From contig NC_045697.1 in the NCBI RefSeq assembly GCF_009834535.1, positions 84,942,001-85,006,000 of the forward strand: a DNA stretch of 64,000 bases. The letters run 5' to 3'. Position numbers and translations under genes: made by a program. This stretch comes from Camelus ferus (Eukaryota). Under the pieces are notes generated by a model. It made no database searches, was not told where the DNA came from, and saw only the letters and a list, made by a program, of their open reading frames with translations. Within the stretch, counting starts at the first letter, position 1, and every line of letters starts with the position of its first letter. Of this stretch, positions 13,326 through 27,084 are shown in pieces.

Positions 13326-13929
13326 CACATATAAGAGGTATACAGAAACTCAGCTGCACAAAATTCCTGGTGGATAAATGGGATCAGTCCCAATCACTAG
13401 TAGAATTTTTAAACATTTTAAATAACTTTCTTCTAGTTAAAAGAATTAAAGCAGCTATAAAATCTGTGTGTTATAATAAAACAACCTTCCCATCTTCATT
13501 AGAATCTGTAGATGTTTGAATGTAATTATTTATCTATTCTTGATTAATGAGTTTAATCTATTTCCATCATTTCTTATGGTAACATTTTAAAATGTGTGAG
13601 TACAGTACCAATTCACTCTGCTGGAAAGCCATATAGAATATACACAGTATTTATATTGCATCAGTGTAGAATCCATTCACGCAAATTGGAAATTGTGGAA
13701 AAGGCTTGAGAAGTAGAGTGGTGGTGAGAGTGGTGATCAACATCCAGCCATCATCCTCAAAGCACGCAATTCACCTTAGATTGAGCTCTTTCATGTTAAG
13801 CTTTCAGTGTCCTTTTGTTGTGCATTCATTCATCTCCTGAAGTTCATGCTACTTTGGTATTCATTCATCTTGGATAGCATGTCTACTGTTTTTTGAATTT
13901 TCTAACTAGAGGCTTAGAAAAGAATTGTC

Positions 13930-14030
13930 ATTTTTTAAAAGACTTTTTTTTTAAGAGCACTTTTAGGTTCATAACAAAGTTGAGAGGGAGGTACAGGGGA
14001 TTTCCCATATCCATCCCATCCCCATAATAC
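13930..14030 (-). mobile_element. L1M (L1MC1/MB-like) extreme 3' end
   Basis: ttttttaagagcacttttaggttcataacaaagttgagagggaggtacaggggatttcccatat. Confidence 0.75.
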
Positions 14031-16649
14031 ATGAAAGCTTATGAAGGTGCAAAGGCTGGAGATCCCGTGCGACCACCTCCTCCCTCCCCCCATAATTGCT
14101 ACAAGAGTCTGGTGCTTGCAATGTGACTGCAGTTTTCCATCAGAGCCTGCTATTGTCAAATCCTCAAACTTGGAAAATGTTTGAAACTGTTTTCTCTCTG
14201 AGGCTGTAATTATTACCATAATGTTGCTGAGGTAGAGGGTGCTTTTCCTTGGCTATGTCTCCCAGCTTTTTGGCTATGTTCTGTCCCCACTGCAGCCACG
14301 TTTTCTTCTTCAGCTTTACCTTCCGGAAAAGTTCAGTCAGATTCCTGGTGCTGGATGCCACTTATTCATTCAGCAGCTTTTAGGGAACACAATTTCTGTG
14401 TCCAACACCAGGTGGTATAAGAGCACCTCTGTGAGCTGCAGGTAGTTTCAGTTACTACGCAGGGTTTATGTGTGCAGTCAGTCAAACCATGGTGTGGAGA
14501 ATGTAATGATCTTTGAAATGCAGGAATGGAATGAGATCTTAATAGTTACGAATCCCACTTTCAGGTAAAACCACAGCTAATGCCAGAGAAAGGAGGCTCT
14601 GTTTTAAAACTTTCAGCAGAAGTGATTCCTTAGCTCCCCTCATTAGCTTACTGTAGTGTTTTATTCACAAAAAAAATTAAAATAAGGATTTTCTGTAGTA
14701 TGTCTTTAGGCACCATTTAAATTTAATAGTGCAGATATTTCTGAAGATCCACGTTTAAATTAGGAATTTTTCGAAGGTGATCAAAGTTATAATTAAAGAG
14801 TTTTTAAAACGTTAAGATTATAATTTCTGACCTTGGAAAAATACTTACTCTCAAACCTTGCAACTTTTCCTTTGCCATAGATTCTTCTCTGAAATGTAAC
14901 GTAAATGTGTAGTTATCACCTCTTTTGATCATTCATAGCACTTTTTGACATTTTTGGTGTCTTGAATTTTGGTGCCTAGACAAATTATAACAATATTAAC
15001 TTGGGTGTCTGTTAAAAGTAGCTATTCCAACTACTGACTGAGAAATGTTAGTGCCATTTAGCACTCATTGTTATGATACGTGATTCTCCATTTTGTTCTG
15101 ATTTGCGTTCTTCTTCAGTTACTTGATTATGTGTCTTGTACACAGATCATTTGTTAAATGGAATTTTTTCCTAATAAAATTGTAAGCTCCCTTTGAAGGC
15201 CAGGACACTGCTCTGTTCCTCTTTGTATGCTGGGGGTATCATAATGCATTAGAGACTCAGGATGCTGAATTTGAATTTCTTTATATCTTTATTACTTTCT
15301 TCTATCCCCTATTTCTAAATTTCATCTAAATTCATTTTTAACCCACTCCTAATTTAGTAGAATGTATTAGATTTCATATATTTCTTAAAATTCTGACTAA
15401 ATTTCAGTTCCTTTCTCTCCTTTTTACTATTCCTAATGATTCCCATGGTGCTTCTCTCAGTTGGATCAGCTCTTCCTTAGTTATTCTCCCTGCCTTTCTG
15501 TTTCCATGTCTTTACACTCAGTGGTGGCTAACCGGGTACATTTAAATATGAAGAGAAATATCAAGTGCTAGATAAAGTTGACACTTCAGTATTAAATTAC
15601 TATCTATTGTTTGTACATTTTTAATATGTGAAATTTTGCCTCAATTACTATCACTTTAATTAATATGCTTCCATATAAAATACTAATAATGTCATTTTTA
15701 CTCTCTTTAGGGTGAGGTATTTATTCATTCACATAAACATCTTTTTTAGACAAGATTAAAGAGAGACATGTAGGTGTGTAGATAGAGATATTAGTTATTC
15801 ATTCTACCATATTTTGAATTCTGTATTCTTTCACTTTTTAAATCTAGATGATGCTAACCTCTTCATTTTATTCCATTATAGATTAAGGGGGAATTTTCTT
15901 CAACAAACAGGCAACTAGGAGCCTTTTAACAAAAGAATTCTGGGGGATAAAAGAAGGATGCAGGGGACAGAGACATGAGGAAGAGATTGTGCTCTTGACT
16001 GTTCTGCACCAGTATGGACGCTGATCTAGCCTGTGCAGCCTTAGGCAACGAGGAGGAAATTTCTGCTAGTGATTCCCAACTCCCTGCCACAGCCACAGGC
16101 CTGTGGAAACCATGAGAATTTCTCTACCATTTCTACGTAGTCTCCAAATAGTTTCCTGTCAGTAACAGTTTAGATATTTAAGGGGAAAAAAAGTTATCTC
16201 TAATGCCAAATTCTAAGGAATAACATTACTTTTAAAGACCAAATTAATGTAGTTGATATATAATAGCTAGCACTCTCATTTGTTAATTAATAGTAAGATT
16301 GTTAATAAATATCTGAAGAGTGTTGGGTATAATGAAGAAATTAAATTAAAAAGATTAGGTGTCTTAGGAGTGTTTTTAAGAAAACTGATAACCAATGGTT
16401 TACGTTGGACTTTACCAGAAGACGACACTGTGACCAGTAGGTCAGCATGGAGCACAGGAAGAAAAGGGTGTCAGAGAAAGAGAATTTTACAGAGTTTAAA
16501 TAACACTAACCACTGAATATGGTGGACAAGAATATGGTTTCCAGAGAAACATATTCACTTGTGTGCCACCACCATTTTCTTAAATGTAATACTCATTAAG
16601 CAATGGTTTTTCGTGAGCACAGTGTCTTCGCATCATATTTACAACAGAA

Positions 16650-16960
16650 TATTAAACAAATTATTTAATTATTCCCATTTTGTATCTTAAATTTGTTATG
16701 CATAAAATTTTACAAAGGAATATATACATTGAAAAATGTATTTCCCCTAATTTTTCAATATTTTAAACAATTCAGTAAAATCTGTAGTGATATCCTAGGG
16801 CCTATATCCCTAGTTATATGCTAGGATAAACTACTGTAAGAAATCAGAGGTTTTTTCTTTTTTTAAGTCTTTCATACATATTTGTTAAGTTTACTTTATG
16901 AAAGATTAAACTGATTTACATTCTGAGTGTTTTGAAGCTCAGTTTTGCCAACACAATACT
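16650..16960 (-). mobile_element. Highly decayed L1ME-like fragment
   Basis: taggataaact...catatttgttaagtttactttatgaaagattaaactgatttacattc resembles the antisense old L1 ORF2 3' end. Confidence 0.4.
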
Positions 16961-17504
16961 GTATGAAGGCTTCCAGGAACAGATAAAAGCTGTTTCATAT
17001 AAGAGCAGGATGGTTTTTGTTTTGTTGTGAGCATCAGCCCTTTTAGTTTCTGTCACTTTGTTGGTTTTAAGTCCATATATTGAGCTGATGTTCTCAGTAA
17101 AGGTTTGATGTCTTTGTTTGCTCTTAGCTGAATGTTCTAGCCCACCATCCTTTACACATGGTGTGAAACTTTAACACATATACAATCTAATTGAAAATCA
17201 CCAGACCACTCTTGACTCATTTATACCACTTCATGTGTATTTCTTTCATTTTGGCATTTAGTAACTGAAAATTTGGAGCATATGTTCTCCTAGTCTCAAC
17301 AAGATCATTTTCATATTTTTTAAAAAAATTTAAGACCAGTCTTAGTATTCAGAGGACCTCACTATTAATACTTCCTTCCATTTATCACCTCCTAAGCATA
17401 TTCCCTCCCCTGAACATATCTGCCCCCTCAAGTAACTAATAGATTATTCCAGCATTATTACATCCCAGAAACAATGTTGCCTTTCAGCATCTCAAAATTG
17501 AAAA

Positions 17505-17690
17505 AGAACTAACATTTATTGAGTGTTTGTTATGTAAAGCACTGAATGCTTTACACATTATTTCATTTAGCATTTTCAACAGTCCTGTTATGTAGGTATC
17601 ATTTACTTATATTTTATAGATGATTAATCTGAAGATATAACTGTTTTAAGGAAGGCTCTTTTTAAGTCCAAAACTCATGGTCTTCTTTGT
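17505..17690 (-). mobile_element. MIR SINE
   Basis: aacatttattgagtgtttgttatgt...ctttacacattatttcatttag...attttatagatga. Confidence 0.8.
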
Positions 17691-18969
17691 GTAAATCTTT
17701 CCTTGTTAATACTGTTTTCTTTTTCTATTCATTTTTAGTCACAAAAGTTCCAAATGGGAGTAATAAAGTCTAGAGAGGTGAAAAATAATGACTGAAAATG
17801 AATATGAAATTTATTGCCCTGAATGTTACTGATGACTTTGTTAAATAGCACTTTAGGACAGATAAGGGTAAAAGTCCAGTTGGTATTGTCAAGAAATGAG
17901 TGAGAGCTGAGAAAATAGAGAGTTCATAGAGACAACTAGTAGATGAATTTTGGTTGGGGACAGTGGCGAGAAAGGCAGTATCTGGAGAGTTACATAGTTT
18001 CTTGACTATTTATGTATATTTATTATGTAGAGATCAGGCAAACTCTAAGTTACAGGAGAGGCACTGGCCATGGAAAGAAGGAGGGACAATTTGATGTTTT
18101 GCTTTGGAGACTTTTTTTACACATTTATGTATTACAGCTGACTTTACCTCCTTAAACTAAGACTACACTATTTTTCAATCTTCAATAATACTAAGATTAG
18201 ACACAATGAAGTCAACAGAAAAACTCACAGAACATTTTTAGAATTTTTTCATTCATCTTTTTTTTACCCAGGGATGTAGTAGTTATCTTAAATGCAGAAA
18301 GTTTAATGCCCAGAAACCTTCTTGGTCAACCACAGTGGATCTCAAACTTAGAGGTGCACAGAAGTTACTAAATAGAATGGTGTGTGTGCTATCCTCCCCA
18401 ACACTATATTATCATATTTGTGTTTTCATTTTTGTCAGCTCAGTGGACACTTTCTCATTTTCAAATTAATTAATCCATGCTCTCCCTACTTCAACACAGA
18501 AAATTTAGAATGAGGGAAGCTTTATATATTCCTCATTTTATTTCTAAATAATAATTAACAAGTCCAGATTTTGCTTATGTTGAATTATCAAGAATTTTTT
18601 GTAAAGTTCCATCCTTGGCCAAGTTGACCCTGTATTTCATCCCCTTTACATACACCTACTCTGGAAAATTAAAAAAAAAAAAAAAAAAAAAGAACTCTTT
18701 CATATGAAAAAACCTTTAACCCTTTCACAGATTTACTTATAAAAGTCTTCCTGCTTTAATCAAGAACTTTGAAGTCAAGTCCATGTCTTATTCATATTGT
18801 TTATTTATTATTTATCTCCAAGCCTGGTGATATTCAACAATGTGTGTTAATAAATGAATGGTTTATGATTTGTTTTATCTAAATTGAGATATGTTCTTCC
18901 AAAATGAACATACTAGTGTTGTTTTAGACTAGTATTTTTGCTGACCACTATCATAATTACCGAAAATAC

Positions 18970-19100
18970 AATATCACAAATCCTCACAACATTCTATAAA
19001 ATAGGTATTATTAGTCCCATTTTACAAATAAGAAAATTGAGGTCCAGAGATTTTAAGTTAGTTCCACATTTTGACTCCAGAGTGCATGCTCTTTCTGCCA
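18970..19100 (-). mobile_element. MIR SINE
   Basis: aatcctcacaacattctataaaataggtattattagtcccattttacaaataagaaaattgaggtccagaga. Confidence 0.85.
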
Positions 19101-20862
19101 TGTCATGAATGGTGATATATTTGTTTGGGTTATAAAATCTTGCAATAATGAGTATATTTGTTTCCTATCATACATTTTTACCCCTCACAGACCTACAGGG
19201 CAGAGGCCCTAAAATATTAGGCATTTTACTTTGGTTTATCTTCTAGACAGAGACACTCAATTTTTTTCTATGCAAGGTGTTCTATGAAAGTATTAAATAG
19301 GTCTTCAAGTAGGCTTTTTCTTTTGGAAAGAATAGAACTATATATTCAGGCATTTCAATATCAATGTTAGCTAATTGTGCCAAAATTTTTGTGAGTTGGA
19401 AAACATATTCTATTTAAGCATAATATGAGAAAATTATTTAGAACCAGATATTTGTCTGATTTCAAATATTTAACTCTTTAAAAACACTTAACTCTGGTTA
19501 TATTCCAAAGTGCTTTGAAAAGAACTCACCCTGAGTTCTGCCATTAACAGAATCCAACTTTTCCAAGGTACTCTGTAGAATACCATCCTGATTTGGGACT
19601 TCAGGGTAACTTGGCAGTGTCAGCAGTCCCAGGCAACTTCCTGATCATCCGATGGCCTTTCTGTGACCTAGCCACAAGCACCCTATTAATCTGCTTTATC
19701 ATGGGGATTATTAAAGAGAGGGCCACATCCTTCCACTAGGCACATCTGTTCCTAACTTGTCTTATCTCTCCGTGTCCAGTCCATACAGTACCCCTATTCT
19801 TCATCAGCCACAAATGTCTGTGCTTTTGAGAAGAAATCATTTTCTACCTTTTAACTTTCATGACAACATTTAAAAATAAAAAAGTTCCTGTTCTGCCCTT
19901 TCCTACCTTATATCTACTTTCAAATACAAAAAAATGTGGAGTTTGCTCATAGAACCCAGTGGAGAGTACCCACTGTTCCCATCAAGTTTCACAGTTTTGC
20001 TACTTTTCACAAGAATAATCCTTGTTTAGAGCTTTGAATGATACCCACCAAAGCACCACTTTTATGCTTGTTTTAAACAAATACATGAGTGGTTCTTCCT
20101 AGTGAGATCGAGGAGGCATTTCACAGAATGAGTCATGCTAATGGCAATCTTGTTATACCTCTGATTCAGCCACATTTGAAAGGAGGTGCCTTGGGCTTGG
20201 CTGATGGGGTGTCTGTCCGTGTCCCCCAGTCTGGGACCTGTGGTGCTATAAGCAAGGTAGGCTCATCAACCAGCACGTTCCTCCAAGGTTCCGACTGGGG
20301 ATTGCACAGGAGGAAGAATCTCTGTGTTCTTCCTCCCACACTGTCCCTGAGTAGTGAGTGCTGCTGATTGGGAAGAAATCTTGTTGCTTTAATTACAGCA
20401 TTAAGTAAACAGATAATCTGCCCCAAATGACCCCTAACCACTTCTGAATGGCATATTTATCTTTAAGGTTCAGTTTGTTTAAATTAAATACCTATTTTCA
20501 TTAGTTCTTATAATTATTGAGACACAGAATATCATTTACCTATATCTTAACTTTTATTTAAAAAATTTAGGAATATGTTCTTTCTGTATTTAGTAATAGG
20601 ATAAAAAAGGAGGATGTCATCACAGAACCCATCTATTCTTCCTCGGTTCAGACTTCCACACTTTTATAAATAGCTAAAAATAAAGTTTACAGTCGACATG
20701 TTGGTGGATGGCTTGGCCAAGCAGTTCATGTGATATATGAGATTACTTGTATATAATGAATATACCTGTGTATAATGAATTCATATATACTATAAAATGA
20801 AGGCTACCAAGTAGCTCTTGATTAATTGTTGAATGGACATTAATTAATAAAATCTTTCTTAG

Positions 20863-20922
20863 GGCCAAAGCAATCTTTTACGCATGCACGTGTTTATCAC
20901 AAAGACATCAACACAGTCTATG
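20863..20922 (+). other. Candidate 60-nt cassette exon
   Basis: atctttcttag| ... ATG|gtaagt; 60 nt, stop-free in all three frames; TGCATG at 20938-20943. Confidence 0.25.
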
Positions 20923-22042
20923 GTAAGTTTCTGCTAGTGCATGGCAGGCTCACAGCTGAGAATGGTTTAGGGTTTTGGGGGCTGGAGCATTTTGATAAAT
21001 GGAGATAAATGATTAAAACTGTTCAGTCTTTCTAAGCCCTAGCAAACTATGACAGCATATAAGTCTCCAAAGAGATTTATGTTTGTTCTTCCAGCTGGCT
21101 GTCCATAGCCACACCATTCCCTGGGGAGATCTGCAGGCCTAGTGGAGGATGAGAGTGTTTCACAGCTGTAAGAGATTTAGATCCCTTTAAAGTATTGCTT
21201 GAGCTGCAACAAACTGGGGTTTCAAAAGAAAGGAGCAAAGCCAGAGGGTGTTCATGAGATTCCCAGCCTTAACCTGGGGAAGCTCACCTGTCATTGTCGG
21301 CTCACTAAAACCTTCACTGAATTGTTAGCTGACATTACAAAGTGTCCAAGATGTCATCATGTGCTGCAAACAAATCTGTGCACTTCCACGTGTTATTCCT
21401 GGGGCCAGAGCATAGCAAAACAAAACAAAATTTTGGGAACAAAAGCGTGTTTGTGGAAAACTTCAGTTATCGGTGAGGAAGGTGTGATGTGGGAGAAAGT
21501 GGCTATGTCATGTGTCACAGGAGGGGAAGGCTGGGGAAAGAATAAGGACGGGGAGGAAGCTGTGTCCGTTTGGTGCCTTTCATGTACTAATGATGCTGAC
21601 TCCCTGTTTTATGCTCTACTCTGTGGTGGGCCCAGCCCTGTGTGGTGACAGCAGGGGAAGGAGAGACAGCCAGGAAGCAGGCTGCCTGGATTCATTGTAC
21701 CCACTACATAATGATCAGAAGAATAAGCATCCACATTTTCCCACCCCTGATTCCTCATTTTTGGGATTTCCTTTCACACAGAGAGGCAAAATGGGGATCA
21801 GGCAACTTAAATACAGGACTGTACGGTTTGCAGGTAAACACTGATGCTGACTGGGGAAGCCAGTCAAGCAACAATGAAGGTAGCCGGAAGGATCTGCATC
21901 CTTTGTAGAGGACAGCATCACCAGTTTATGCCAAAGTCGTATTTTTGCCTCATGATCTCATTCTTAATCTGCATCACAGATACTTCCTCGATTTATATTA
22001 GAACTTCTTCCTTTTAATTTTACAGTACTTTATTGAGATATA

Positions 22043-22590
22043 CAAACACAGCAGTATAGAGCAGCACATTTCTAAGCTCTCAGTTCTGCGGGTCAGAGGT
22101 TTGTGCACTGCATGGCTGGGCTTTCTACGAAGGCTCTCACAGGTGGAAAGAAAGATATCACTGGCTGCCTTCTCATCTGAACCAAGGATTGCAGATTCAT
22201 TCAGGCAGTTGCAAAAGTTCAGTTCCTTGAGGTTGCAGAATTGAAATCCCTGTTTCTTTACTGGCTGTCTCTCATCTCCTAAGCAGCTGCCCACATTGCT
22301 CTCTGTGTAGTACACTCCATCTTCAAAGCCAGCAATGGAGAATCTTTCTCCTTTTAAATTCCTCTCGTGCTTCAAATCTCTCTATCCAGGGCAATCTCTG
22401 CCCTTTGCAGGGCTCACTTAATTAGCTCAGGTCCACCCGGGATAGTCCCCCTTTCTTCAAGTCAACTGTGCTATATAACATAACCAATAAAAGACTGAAG
22501 TCCGTCATATCCCCAGTCCCGGGGATAAGACAGGGCACGTACACGAGGAAATGGGGATGCTGGGACTATCTTAGAAGTCTGTCCACCACA
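22043..22590 (-). mobile_element. ERVL-MaLR solo LTR, MLT1E-like
   Basis: cagttctgcgggtcagagg...agttcagttccttgaggttgcag...ccatcttcaaagccagcaatgg...atcttagaagtctgtccaccaca; near full length. Confidence 0.88.
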
Positions 22591-22654
22591 TCTAGAGACA
22601 AGATCATGCAGCAGCTTCTGGGTCATGTTAGTGATTTATGGGTTTTTCAAAAAA

Positions 22655-22965
22655 ATGTATTCTAGATAAGAGTCCTTTGTCAAATATATGCATTGCACCT
22701 TGATTCTTCCAATATGTGGCTTGCCTTCCATTACTTAATGGAATATTTGATGTGCAAATGTTTTTAATTGGGATAAAGTCAAATCTTCATTTTTTAAGTT
22801 AATAATTAGCATTTTATTTATTGTTTTAAAGTGTAAAAAATTTTTTCCACACCAAGGTCATGAACAGTTTTTTTTAGAGAACAGTGTAGTTTTTAGTTTC
22901 CATGTTTATGTCTCTGATCCATTTTGAGTGCTTTGGATATCCAGTTGCTCCAGCACCATTTATTA
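22655..22965 (-). mobile_element. L1M ORF2 fragment
   Basis: tattctagataagagtcctttgtcaaatatatg...ccaaggtcatgaa...tgatccattttgag...ggatatccagttgctccagcaccatttatt. Confidence 0.8.
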
Positions 22966-23042
22966 TATACTTGCTTATTTTTAATTGAGGTATTGTATAT
23001 GTTTTTCTTATTAAAACGTCATTACCCTTAGGTGATGATTCT

Positions 23043-23561
23043 ATTGCCAGGAAGCACTGAAGTTTTGGAGGTAGCGTACCATGTGTTGCTTCCTACACAT
23101 CTTACATGGTGTAACAAGAACGCAAGGCCTGACCACTCTACCTGGGTGATTTCTCAGGGTGGTGTTAGTAGCTAGTGATCTTGAAAGATGAAGTAATGTT
23201 ACCCTCTGGGGCAAAGAGCAGGCTTTCTTACAGCATCTTATGAAATCAGCGGGCTCCCTAAGTTTGGTGTTCCTCGGCTGTAATGCCAACTGCTGTGTGC
23301 ATCCACTGTGTGCGTCCTTCTGAGCCGTATCACACCACTCCCATTGGGACTTCTGGGCCAGGAGGTCATGTAAACATGCTGATTCTCATGCTGCTTACTG
23401 TGCCGTGAGGAATGACGTTCTTTGTTTCTGACCCAGGAATCTCCAGTCTTCTGCCAGCATCCTTGAAACAGTGACTTACTGTCTCATAAAGAATTAACTG
23501 TCTTGTAAAAGGCTAAGTGAATATCTTGTAGAAAGGATAAAATCAAATCCAAGACCTGACT
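23043..23561 (+). mobile_element. ERVL solo LTR (MER54/MER73/MER74/LTR47 group)
   Basis: ctttgtttctgacccaggaatctccagtcttctgccagcatccttgaaac...ggataaaatc matches the shared 3' end of this LTR group. Confidence 0.7.
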
Positions 23562-23704
23562 ATGTCATCATATTCAATCATCAGACACCATATTAAATGA
23601 CTGTTTTGATCACCACTTAATAGATTAAAAGGCTGAGACTATAAGAGGCTAAGGAACTTGCCCAATTTTATTGACTTACACAGTCGAAACTCATTTTTCA
23701 ACAT

Positions 23705-24600
23705 TTAAAACTTGTGAGATGTAGCATAAATATAAACGTGTATAAAATATTCATAGAATGTAGGGACTAATTCCATAATGAATGCTCACGTAAGCAGCAC
23801 TGGAGGTGAAGGACTGGAGCACAGTCCTCACACCGGAATCTCTGCAGGGCTGTCTTCCAACTTGCATCTCCCCTCCTCTCTCCTCTAGGCAGTCCTTACC
23901 TTGACTTTCATGATAGTCATTGTGTTGTTTTCTTTAGAGTTAACCATGTATACTTCCACAAACAATATGGCATGAGTTTTTGAAATTCATATAAATGGGT
24001 GGATAGTCTATGGATTATTTTGTGTAATGTTTTCTAAGATCAACATGTCTCTAGGGTTTATCACTATTGCTTGTTCACTTTGATTGCAAAAGAGTGCATT
24101 GTATGAGTATGCATAAATTTCTTTATCAATCTTGCAGTTTCTGGGCATGTAATTGCTTCTAGCTTTGAACTATTACAAAAATATTTCTATGAGTATTCTT
24201 ACGGAAGTTTTTTTGTGAGCATGTGCATTCTTTTCCATATAGTATGTACCTAGAGGTGACTTTCTAGGGCACCGGGTAGGATGTTATCCTTTAATAGAAA
24301 ATGCCAGAAAGTTTTCCAGAGTGATTCCACTGTTTTACACTTGCAACAGCAGTGTATGAAAGTTTCAGATGCTTCAGTCTCATCAGTACTTGGTCCTGAG
24401 GATCTTTTTCATTCCAGCCGTTCTGTTTATGCCGTGGTATTTCATTATGGATTTAGTTTTCATTTCTCTGGTGACTAATAAGGTTGACAACATGGTCATA
24501 TGCTTAGTGGTCACTTGGATATCTTCTTTTGTGAAGTGCCTGTACAAGTCTTTAACCCAATTTTTCATTGATTTGCTTTCCTTTTTTTCTATTGCGTTTC
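23705..24600 (-). mobile_element. L1MD/ME 3' end including ORF2 C-terminus
   Basis: Minus ORF 24383-24568 (WVKDLYRHFTKEDIQVTTKHM...LVTREMKTK) is L1 ORF2-like, followed by an old L1 3' UTR. Confidence 0.85.
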
Positions 24601-24629
24601 AGGTATAGCAAAGATATTCATGTTTTCAG

Positions 24630-24815
24630 TTAAAAGGCCTGACGTGTAAATTTATCCCATAATTTCTTGCTCCCTTTCTATTGGCCAGAATCATAATATG
24701 GGCACAGATATCTTGGAGGCAGTGTGGGAAAAGTATTTTTACTTGGGTGGCAGTGTGCCTAGCCATATCTTTACTATGGAAAAGGTAAACACTGATACTG
24801 TGAAAGACGGCTAGC
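24630..24815 (-). mobile_element. Old MaLR LTR fragment (MLT1J-like)
   Basis: ttctattggccagaatcataatatgggcac...ggaggcagtgtgggaaaagt...gggtggcagtgtgcctagc. Confidence 0.55.
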
Positions 24816-24839
24816 TGCTTCTCCTTTACGAGGGCTCAC

Positions 24840-25605
24840 CCTAAAAATTTAAGTATGCGTTAGTGCTGTGTGGTAAATATGGAATGTTGCAGAACTAGCT
24901 GTAGAAGCATCCAAAGCATAACAAATGATCACTAACACTCTGCTTGGTTCAAGGTGCATCTTGACTGGAAATAAATGGATTTTTTACAGTTATATGTTCC
25001 ATGCCTCAGCTCCGGCTACAATACCAGGGCAAGGACATCTATAATTTAATGTGCAAGTGTGGTCATAGGAGCACTAGGCGCTGGCAACGGCCTAATGGAG
25101 TCTTGTGGTATTTGGCATGAGCCATACAAGTGTGCTAACTCCTGAAATTATCCACCAAGGCTACATCAGTTCATAGTTAAAATCTGACCACACAACTATA
25201 AAAACCATTCATGTGGACAAAGAGGCCATCACAAACTGGCATCATTAAAAAGCCGTGTGGTCTGCTTCCACCTGCAGGTGTTACTACATTGCTGGCTGGA
25301 TCCCACTCCTTGTCGGTTCCTTGACCAGTGTTCCAGATGCTGGTTAATTGACCCAAATAGGATGCAGTAGTTTGACAAGTGGTGTTCAGAGGTGTTTTTT
25401 ACTGCTTGTTGAAGAACATGGCCTTGGTAGGCAGCAACAATAGCTTCCCCGTACTGAGTTCTGAATAGCAAAGATTTGACCAGCAGGCAGCACTGAATGA
25501 TGACAGGCCCCCTGCCGCCGTGGCAGCACCTTCACCACCCGACTCACAACGGCCTAGAGCAGAGCAGAGCCGAGCAGAGTGCACACGAGTCCAAAGGGGA
25601 AAGAG
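24840..25605 (-). pseudogene. Candidate decayed processed pseudogene, parent unidentified
   Basis: Minus strand starts CTCTTTCCCCTTT, then a GC-rich CpG-decayed leader, an 80-codon open frame (25229-25471), then stops; not a repeat I recognise; no poly(A) or TSD visible. Confidence 0.3.
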
Positions 25606-25759
25606 CGTGTGGGTGACTCATATCACTGTGCAGCAACCATTCCTATAGGATATTCCTCTTCTCAGGAGAATCAGTGAGTAAAGGAAACATCAGAAGTGAC
25701 TTCATCCCACCCACTCCCAAACAGACTCTTGAGGGTAGATATAGTTAAAATAAAATGAT

Positions 25760-26580
25760 ACAGGAATACTGAGGATAAACTGTTGAGCACTAATGTATCA
25801 AAGAAATGCAAACAAAAATTAATCAAGGTGATACTATTAATATTATATGACACAGAACCAAAGGAAGAGATGTTTACTCTGCTAAAGTATTCTGTTCAAA
25901 ATAAGAGTTAAAACTACTACCTACTAAATAGCATAAATTGCAATATATAAAATAGAAACAAATTGAAATAAGGACAGTTGCCATGAGCATGATAATAACA
26001 TCAGCCTGCCTCATTCATCAGCCAACTAAACATGCAAGATAGATAAACATGGAGGCATTACAGTGGTATAAAAGGATGATTTAACAGATTCTCAACAAAG
26101 TATACACCTCTTTTTAGCTACCCACAGAATAATTATAATTTTTAAAAATTTTTGTTTATTCACCGGAAAAAGTCAATGAATTTCCATATTAGAAATGGCA
26201 TAGGCCATATTTCCCAATAAATTTTTTCCCCAATAATGCAGTAAAATTCATAATTAACATTAATATTTTCACAGTGACAGTAATAATAACACCTCAGTTA
26301 ATTTAGAAATTTTACAAAAGAAGAGAAACTTTCTGCAAAAGAATATTTGGCTCAAATCCATAGCAAGAGGAAGTTGAAGCCTAGTTAGGAAGCAACAGTG
26401 AGAATAGCAGAGGGAGAAACTGGAGGGAAAAGTAAACAGAGGAAAAAAATCATGGTCTTAAATGTTTATACTTTGGCTCAAGAAATAACTGAAATAAATG
26501 AAGTGATAATTCAACTCAAGAAATCAGGCGGGAAACACAAAACAAACATAGGGACCACAGGAAGAAGGATACAATGGAAG
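25760..26580 (+). mobile_element. Very old L1 ORF2 (endonuclease-proximal) remnant
   Basis: A-rich; ataggccatatttcc...aatgcagtaaaatt, ttaaatgtttata...aaataaatgaagtgataattcaactcaagaaat. Confidence 0.55.
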
Positions 26581-27084
26581 TAAAAATGAGAAATGATGGA
26601 GACCCTGGGAATGTGATGCAGTGGGGCTGTAGTGAAGGTTGGGGAGTATTTTTTCATTATTATTTTCTAAAAAAGCAAACCAAATATTAAAAACTTTGAG
26701 AATATTCTTGTTCCCAGGGTGCCTGATAAGTTTATTAGTAAAATTTCTTCATGAATAAGATTAATTGGTACTCTGCCAGTGTGTATGTGTGTGTGTGTGT
26801 GTATAAATGTATGCATGTATGTTTATTATATGTGTGTGTCTATTCCAAAATGTAAATTGACATGAGGACAAAAATGCTTTTATTCCTATAATGTATTGTT
26901 AGGATTATCTGGACCAGTAAGAACTAGTAATGCTTCAGTGTTGAATATGTGTTTGGGATACCTGCTGGGTAGGCACCCTGGCAGGAGCAGACTAGATCTT
27001 TCAGATCTTTCAGGAACCAGAATTATGGTAAGTACGGCTGGCATCCAGTGATGGAGGCAGACAGCCAATGAGTAATTCATGTAT

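Noticed and set aside
20089..20441. Overlapping 92-aa (+) and 91-aa (-) ORFs; EIEEAFHRM looks EF-hand-like
   Set aside because: No EF-hand loop follows, there is no recognisable homology, and the lengths are within chance
21199..21648. Longest ORF in the window (149 aa)
   Set aside because: Non-ATG start, no domain-like composition; explained by locally higher GC
24950..25270. Short matches to remembered PPP2CA/PPP2CB sequence (TGTGGTCAGAT, TCATGCCAA, CATGGAAC)
   Set aside because: Alignment needs many indels, an equally long match is out of order, and similar resemblances appeared for unrelated genes; no gene assigned without BLAST
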